A stretch of DNA of 63,991 nucleotides, filler included, from a bacterium (lineage in GTDB: Bacteria; JALSQH01): assembly GCA_027004335.1 (NCBI GenBank). It is 13 parts of 13 records of this genome, joined end to end, with 100 filler letters (N's around TTAATTAATTAA, not from the genome) between each part and the next. Parts side by side here need not be neighbours in the genome. Positions count along the whole stretch, not along the records: positions 59,419 to 61,819 come from JALTID010000204.1; positions 61,920 to 63,991 come from JALTID010000237.1; 11 more parts are not named here. One strand, 5' to 3'. The notes beneath the pieces are model-generated. The model was not told the DNA's origin. It was given only the letters and a program-made list of their open reading frames with translations, and did no database searches. Position numbers and translations under genes: made by a program. Positions 59,720 to 63,991 of this stretch are shown here, piece by piece (position 1 is the first letter of the stretch; every line of letters begins with the position of its first letter).

Positions 59720-61567
59720 TTATAAGATTGCATTCATGGGTGATTTGTCGTCATCAGCGATTTCCATCTCAAGAGCTTTAACTTTTGGAAGAGCATTATT
59801 CAGAAAAAATTTAACTGTTTGAATCTTGTTATAGTAAAATTTTGCTTCCTCATTTTCCTTTATCAGTTCTTTTTGCTTATCTTCAGTATCTGCTCCCTTC
59901 TCCCTGTAGATCTGCTCAAGCTTTTCAATAGCGATTCTACCTTCATCAGCCATGAAGTAGCCAACTACCACATGGCCGAAAAGTTCCTGATATGGCGTAG
60001 CAGTGAGGAGCAGGTGCAAAAAGTTTCCGCTTCCAGCATCCTGTTGATACTGCATAGCAATTTTAACAAGGGAATCTCTTGCTGCTGCAAGCTTTGAAAT
60101 GAAGTCTTTTAACTTCTCCTCATTCTGGTATTTTTCAATAAACTGATTGAGTTCAGTTATGAACCTCATGAAAAGTCTACCACCGTGGATGGTCATTTTT
60201 CTGAAAAGAAGATCCATTGCTTGAATATTATTGGTTCCTTCATAAATTGAAGTAATTTTGATGTCCCTCAGATATTGCTCTACCATATAATCTTTAGTGT
60301 AACCATAGCCACCGTAAGTCTGAATTGCAAGTTCTGCTACTCTGAATGCTTGATCACTACTGTATGCTTTAGCAATGGGGGTGAGGAGATCAAGCATATC
60401 CTGATAATACTCTCTTACCTTTTCATCAGGATGTCTCTCAGACATGTCTGCAAAAAATCCGACATGATAGAGCAAGCTTCTAAGCCCTTCTACAGTTGAT
60501 TTCATCATCATTATCATTCTTCTAACATCGGGATGCTCTATAATTGGGACCCTTGGTGCAGTGGGATCCTTAAATTGTGTCCAGTGAGAACCCTGTTTTC
60601 TTTCATGAGCATAATCATACGCATCAAGATATGTAGCGGCAGCATTTGCCATGGCAAGCATGCCTGTGCCAATTCTTGCTCCATTCATCATGAGGAACAT
60701 ATACTGTATCCCTTTGTTTTCTTCCCCAATAAGGTAACCTTCACATTTACCATTTTCACCAAAACTTAGAGTTGCTGTTACTGAGCCATTGATACCCATT
60801 TTATGTTCTATACCAACAAGGTTTACATCGTTGAATTCACCCAGAGAGCCATCTGGATTTACTTTATATTTAGGGATCAAAAACAAGCTTAAACCCTTCG
60901 TTCCAGGAGGTGCTCCTTCCACTCTTGCAAGTACAAGGTGAATGTGATTCTCCGTCATATCATGATCACCAGAGGAAATGAAAATTTTTTGTCCTTCAAT
61001 AAAATATTTTCCATCTTTTTTAATAGCCTTTGCCTTTGAATTTCCTACATCACTTCCTGCATCTGATTCTGTTAAACACATTGTTCCCTGCCATTCTCCA
61101 GAGAGCAACCTGGGAACATAGAGTTTTTTCATTTCGTCACTACCATAATGGAGAAGAAGTCTTGCTGCTTCAGTTGTTAGTCCCGGGTACATTACAAATG
61201 CGAGGGAAGCACCGGAAAAGATCTCTGAAACTGCCACACCAAGCATTTCAGGCATTCCCTGTCCGCCATACTCTGGGTCACTAACAAGCCCGATCCAGCC
61301 ACCTTCTGCGTGTTTTTTGTAAACATCATGATAACAGCTTGGGACAAATGCTTTTCCATCTTCAAATTTACACCCCTCTAAATCGCCACATCTGTTGACC
61401 GGGGCTATTTCGTTAACTGCGAATTTGATCGCTTCATTCAACACCATGTCATACATGTCTCTGTCAAATTCCTGGTAATCAGGGATTTCTTTTAGTTTTT
61501 TGTCCATCTCAAGCTGTTCGTAGAGAACAAATTTGATGTCTCTCTCATCAACTCTGTAATCTGGCAT
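59720..61567 (-). CDS. long acyl-CoA dehydrogenase (DmdC/FadE5-like)
   Basis: GTMCLTESDAGSDVG, KIFISSGDHD, EHKMGI, GGYGY, IYEGTN. Confidence 0.93.
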   Translation of the reverse strand: MPDYRVDERDIKFVLYEQLEMDKKLKEIPDYQEFDRDMYDMVLNEAIKFAVNEIAPVNRCGDLEGCKFEDGKAFVPSCYHDVYKKHAEGGWIGLVSDPEYGGQGMPEMLGVAVSEIFSGASLAFVMYPGLTTEAARLLLHYGSDEMKKLYVPRLLSGEWQGTMCLTESDAGSDVGNSKAKAIKKDGKYFIEGQKIFISSGDHDMTENHIHLVLARVEGAPPGTKGLSLFLIPKYKVNPDGSLGEFNDVNLVGIEHKMGINGSVTATLSFGENGKCEGYLIGEENKGIQYMFLMMNGARIGTGMLAMANAAATYLDAYDYAHERKQGSHWTQFKDPTAPRVPIIEHPDVRRMIMMMKSTVEGLRSLLYHVGFFADMSERHPDEKVREYYQDMLDLLTPIAKAYSSDQAFRVAELAIQTYGGYGYTKDYMVEQYLRDIKITSIYEGTNNIQAMDLLFRKMTIHGGRLFMRFITELNQFIEKYQNEEKLKDFISKLAAARDSLVKIAMQYQQDAGSGNFLHLLLTATPYQELFGHVVVGYFMADEGRIAIEKLEQIYREKGADTEDKQKELIKENEEAKFYYNKIQTVKFFLNNALPKVKALEMEIADDDKSPMNAIL

Positions 61568-61594
61568 TTTGACCTCCTCTTTATATTTTAAAAA

Positions 61595-61614
61595 ATGAAT
61601 GAATAATCATTCAT
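61595..61614. promoter_or_regulatory. TetR-family (FadR/YsiA-type) operator palindrome
   Basis: ATGAATGAATAATCATTCAT, just downstream of the -10 of the acyl-CoA dehydrogenase promoter. Confidence 0.7.
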
Positions 61615-61618
61615 TGTA

Positions 61619-61646
61619 AGTATATTAATAACAGATTTAATGTCAA
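61619..61646 (-). promoter_or_regulatory. sigma70 promoter for acyl-CoA dehydrogenase
   Basis: minus strand TTGACA (61641-61646), 16 bp spacer, TATACT (61619-61624). Confidence 0.6.
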
Positions 61647-61680
61647 GAATTATTGACTTAAGAAGCGATTTATATTAATA

Positions 61681-61819
61681 TTGAAAATGTTGAGAAAAGG
61701 GAGGCGTGTGTTGAAAAAATTTTATATCTTATATTTTATTGTAATTTTCTCCATCATTTTTTCCTCGGGTTGCACCCATAAGAGAAAACCAACCCCAGAA
61801 AAAGTTGATATCAATCCAC
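61681..61819 (+). CDS. lipoprotein N-terminal fragment
   Basis: KKFYILYFIVIFSIIFSSGC lipobox; cut by linker. Confidence 0.55.
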
Positions 61820-61919
61820 NNNNNNNNNNNNNNNNNNNNNNNNNNNNNNNNNNNNNNNNNNNNTTAATTAATTAANNNNNNNNNNNNNNNNNNNNNNNNN
61901 NNNNNNNNNNNNNNNNNNN

Positions 61920-62129
61920 GTATTTACACCGGTTGCATAGAATACAGTGGGATAATTTTCTCAGTACCTCATATTCTTCTTCTTTAAATTCTATTAAATT
62001 ATCATCCAGAAAATTTCTCTTGAACAACTTAAGCTGGTTGGGCCTTGTTATAACTTTCCAGAGACGAACAAACCAGTGTCTGAGAAAAAATAACCCAAGA
62101 AAAAAAACAGAAAAAAGTTTCCTACTCAT
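61920..62129 (-). CDS. 4Fe-4S protein downstream of glpB, truncated
   Basis: N-terminal hydrophobic helix and CILCNRC. Confidence 0.65.
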
Positions 62130-63375
62130 TAAGCAACCCAACCCTTTCTATTGAAAACGCAGTGGCAGAAATCCCTGCTCCTGAATTGTGGTAATCAACT
62201 CCTTCTACCACACCTCCCACCGCATATAGATTTTCATATGCCACTTCTCCCCACTCATTGACAGGTCTTCCCTCTCCCTCCCTCTTTATTCCTGTAAACC
62301 AGATAGGATGGTATCCAGTAAATTCACTATCAAATAAGGTAGCTATGTCCATCCCTGGCTTGAGAAGAGTGTCACCAAAAAACACAGGGAGACCAAACAG
62401 ACTCTCTTTAACTATTTTAAAATCCCTGTAGATCCCACCTGACAGGAATTTCCCTGTAGCAAGAACAAAATAGTCACCTTCAATAATGTCACCGCGATCA
62501 ATTACGATAGATTCCACCTTACCAGGATACCCCTTTGTTTCTACTACAGTTGCTTTAACTCCGGCAAAGTCTTCATGCTCTTGAATGCACTCATTTTCCC
62601 ATCTTGAGCCAAAGGGAGACTCTGTAACTGCTGCCATTTCAGAAATATTTTTGCCAGTTTCCTCTGTCAAAGCCTCAAGATTCTCTTTCCAGCGTTTAAT
62701 ACCAAGGATAGGTGGAATAAAAACATTCTGAGAATCAAGTTCCTTCACAACAGAGATAATATCTTGAATATATTCAAAACTATCATCAAGGAGCCGATTC
62801 ATCTCAAGAATTGAGAAGAATCTATCCCCCTTACACACTTTTCCTGAAAAAACCACTTTCGCGCTGCTGGAAAAACCGATCTTTTTCAAAAAAAGGTTGA
62901 TGTCATTTTGTATATTATTTGGAAAAAAAGGTTTCATACACTGAGGAATCAATATATCAAAATCACCCATGGAGGGAAGGGGAAGAATACTCTTCCATGA
63001 AGAGATCCCTGTATGAATAGTTCCGGCAGTTGTAAGAAATGGAAGAGTCTGTCCTGAAAGAGGATGAAAGAGAGATTCAAGACGAAGAGTTGTTAGCACA
63101 CTCCTCAGCGACTTCTCCACTATTTCCGATTTTTCTGATGAGAAAATATGCTGAGGGAAGAAATGAGAGATCTCTTTTACAACATCAACAACAGGAATAC
63201 TTATCTGCGACTTAACTGAGGCGTTGGGGATATAACCAATATTCAGAACTCCTGAAAAATACCAGGAGCCACCTCTTCTGTTATCAATCAGTACAACTTC
63301 ATGTCTTCTTTCAAGAAGGAGGTGAAGCATCAACCTCCCACCAAAACCTCCACCAATAACTACTACTCTCCCCAT
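62122..63375 (-). CDS. glpB: anaerobic glycerol-3-phosphate dehydrogenase subunit B-like flavoprotein
   Basis: VIGGGFGG, PPILG, VLATGKFLSGG, ENLYAVGG. Confidence 0.75.
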   Translation of the reverse strand: MGRVVVIGGGFGGRLMLHLLLERRHEVVLIDNRRGGSWYFSGVLNIGYIPNASVKSQISIPVVDVVKEISHFFPQHIFSSEKSEIVEKSLRSVLTTLRLESLFHPLSGQTLPFLTTAGTIHTGISSWKSILPLPSMGDFDILIPQCMKPFFPNNIQNDINLFLKKIGFSSSAKVVFSGKVCKGDRFFSILEMNRLLDDSFEYIQDIISVVKELDSQNVFIPPILGIKRWKENLEALTEETGKNISEMAAVTESPFGSRWENECIQEHEDFAGVKATVVETKGYPGKVESIVIDRGDIIEGDYFVLATGKFLSGGIYRDFKIVKESLFGLPVFFGDTLLKPGMDIATLFDSEFTGYHPIWFTGIKREGEGRPVNEWGEVAYENLYAVGGVVEGVDYHNSGAGISATAFSIERVGLLNE

Positions 63376-63991
63376 TCTGAATACCTCAATCCGGTATTAC
63401 TAATTAACTCACCCTGAATCACCTCCTCATAACCCAATTGAATATCAGCAAGGATCGATTTTCTCAATTTATATATATGATTTAAAAATTCTCTTACAAG
63501 CCAGGACCTATAAGAAGAATCTTCATCTTTATGTTCTCTCATTATTTCTGCAGCAATGAAAGCACTTCTTCCTCCCCCGGGACCCATCCCCAACCTGGTT
63601 CTTCTGCTCACATCAGAAAGGGTCACAGCAAATTCTCTATCCATCACATACACAATTTCAGCTTTGATTACCTGCTCGGAGGGACACACCATAAAAAAAC
63701 CATTATCAATCTCTTTAGCAAGCTCAAGAATCTCCTCGCTTCTGCTACCATGACGGAAGATCAATTTACCTGCAAGATAGGGAGAAATCCCATACCTCCC
63801 GGCAAGTGCCAATGGATCGACTTTTTTGTCACCTCCAGGGAGGGGCAACTTATGCGTTCTGCACTTTCTCCTTACCTTAAGCTCCTTTGAAATAATATCC
63901 ACTGCTTCTTTGCTCATCAGCCTGTATGCAGCAAGTTTACCTCCAGCTATGCTATATAAGCCTTTCAGATTATCTGTTTCCCCATGGTTGT
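63363..63991 (-). CDS. glpA: glycerol-3-phosphate dehydrogenase subunit A, C-terminal part
   Basis: IAGGKLAAYRLM, VCPSEQV, RRTRLGMGP; continues beyond window. Confidence 0.8.
   Translation of the reverse strand, partial: NHGETDNLKGLYSIAGGKLAAYRLMSKEAVDIISKELKVRRKCRTHKLPLPGGDKKVDPLALAGRYGISPYLAGKLIFRHGSRSEEILELAKEIDNGFFMVCPSEQVIKAEIVYVMDREFAVTLSDVSRRTRLGMGPGGGRSAFIAAEIMREHKDEDSSYRSWLVREFLNHIYKLRKSILADIQLGYEEVIQGELISNTGLRYSEWGE

Noticed and set aside
7849..61919. Twelve TTAATTAATTAA palindromes flanked by N runs
   Set aside because: Artificial six-frame-stop contig linkers; ORF tails such as XXXLIN and any synteny across them are meaningless.
215..63890. Many 60-160 aa ORFs antisense to or nested in called genes
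   Set aside because: They overlap well-supported genes and lack motifs; treated as shadow ORFs.
1..63991. CRISPR array, tRNA or rRNA
   Set aside because: No regularly spaced repeats, cloverleaf signatures or rRNA motifs seen by eye; the only structured RNA recognised is rnpB.

Overview
This window is not contiguous DNA. It joins 13 contig pieces with 100-nt N-TTAATTAATTAA-N linkers (7849-7948, 15740-15839, 23520-23619, 26173-26272, 28799-28898, 36470-36569, 44115-44214, 46707-46806, 49294-49393, 56778-56877, 59319-59418, 61820-61919) and has three 10-N gaps, so gene neighbourhoods only hold within a contig. Most contigs come from an AT-rich bacterium whose gene content looks deltaproteobacterial/Myxococcota-like: a tgl-type pilotin locus, tandem DUF4388 proteins, a GC-motif C-terminal anchor and glpA-glpB-FeS genes. 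Housekeeping genes include rlmN, mtnP, gdhA, a DHH-CBS tRNA nucleotidyltransferase, rnpB, folD, gcvT/H, ugd, rpmB, rel and ybeY, plus fatty-acid/glycerol catabolism genes. Most notable observations: (1) a ~2.1 kb archaeal-style, plasmid/virus-like fragment (57183-59318) with ATGA-coupled ORFans, a wHTH protein with an unrecognised C-terminal domain, and an iteron/operator-like repeat array upstream of it; (2) a membrane protein combining an RRE/PqqD-like N-terminus, an M50-like domain lacking its zinc ligands, and two cNMP-binding domains; (3) a 2-hydroxyacyl-CoA dehydratase homologue lacking its Fe-S cysteines; (4) a Bacillus FadR-type operator upstream of an acyl-CoA dehydrogenase; (5) two head-to-head junctions of truncated genes (one hiding a tpiA fragment) and a fold-back at the rnpB 3' end, pointing to amplification/assembly chimeras. 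No CRISPR array, tRNA or rRNA was seen. All family assignments come from motif recognition by eye, not database searches.
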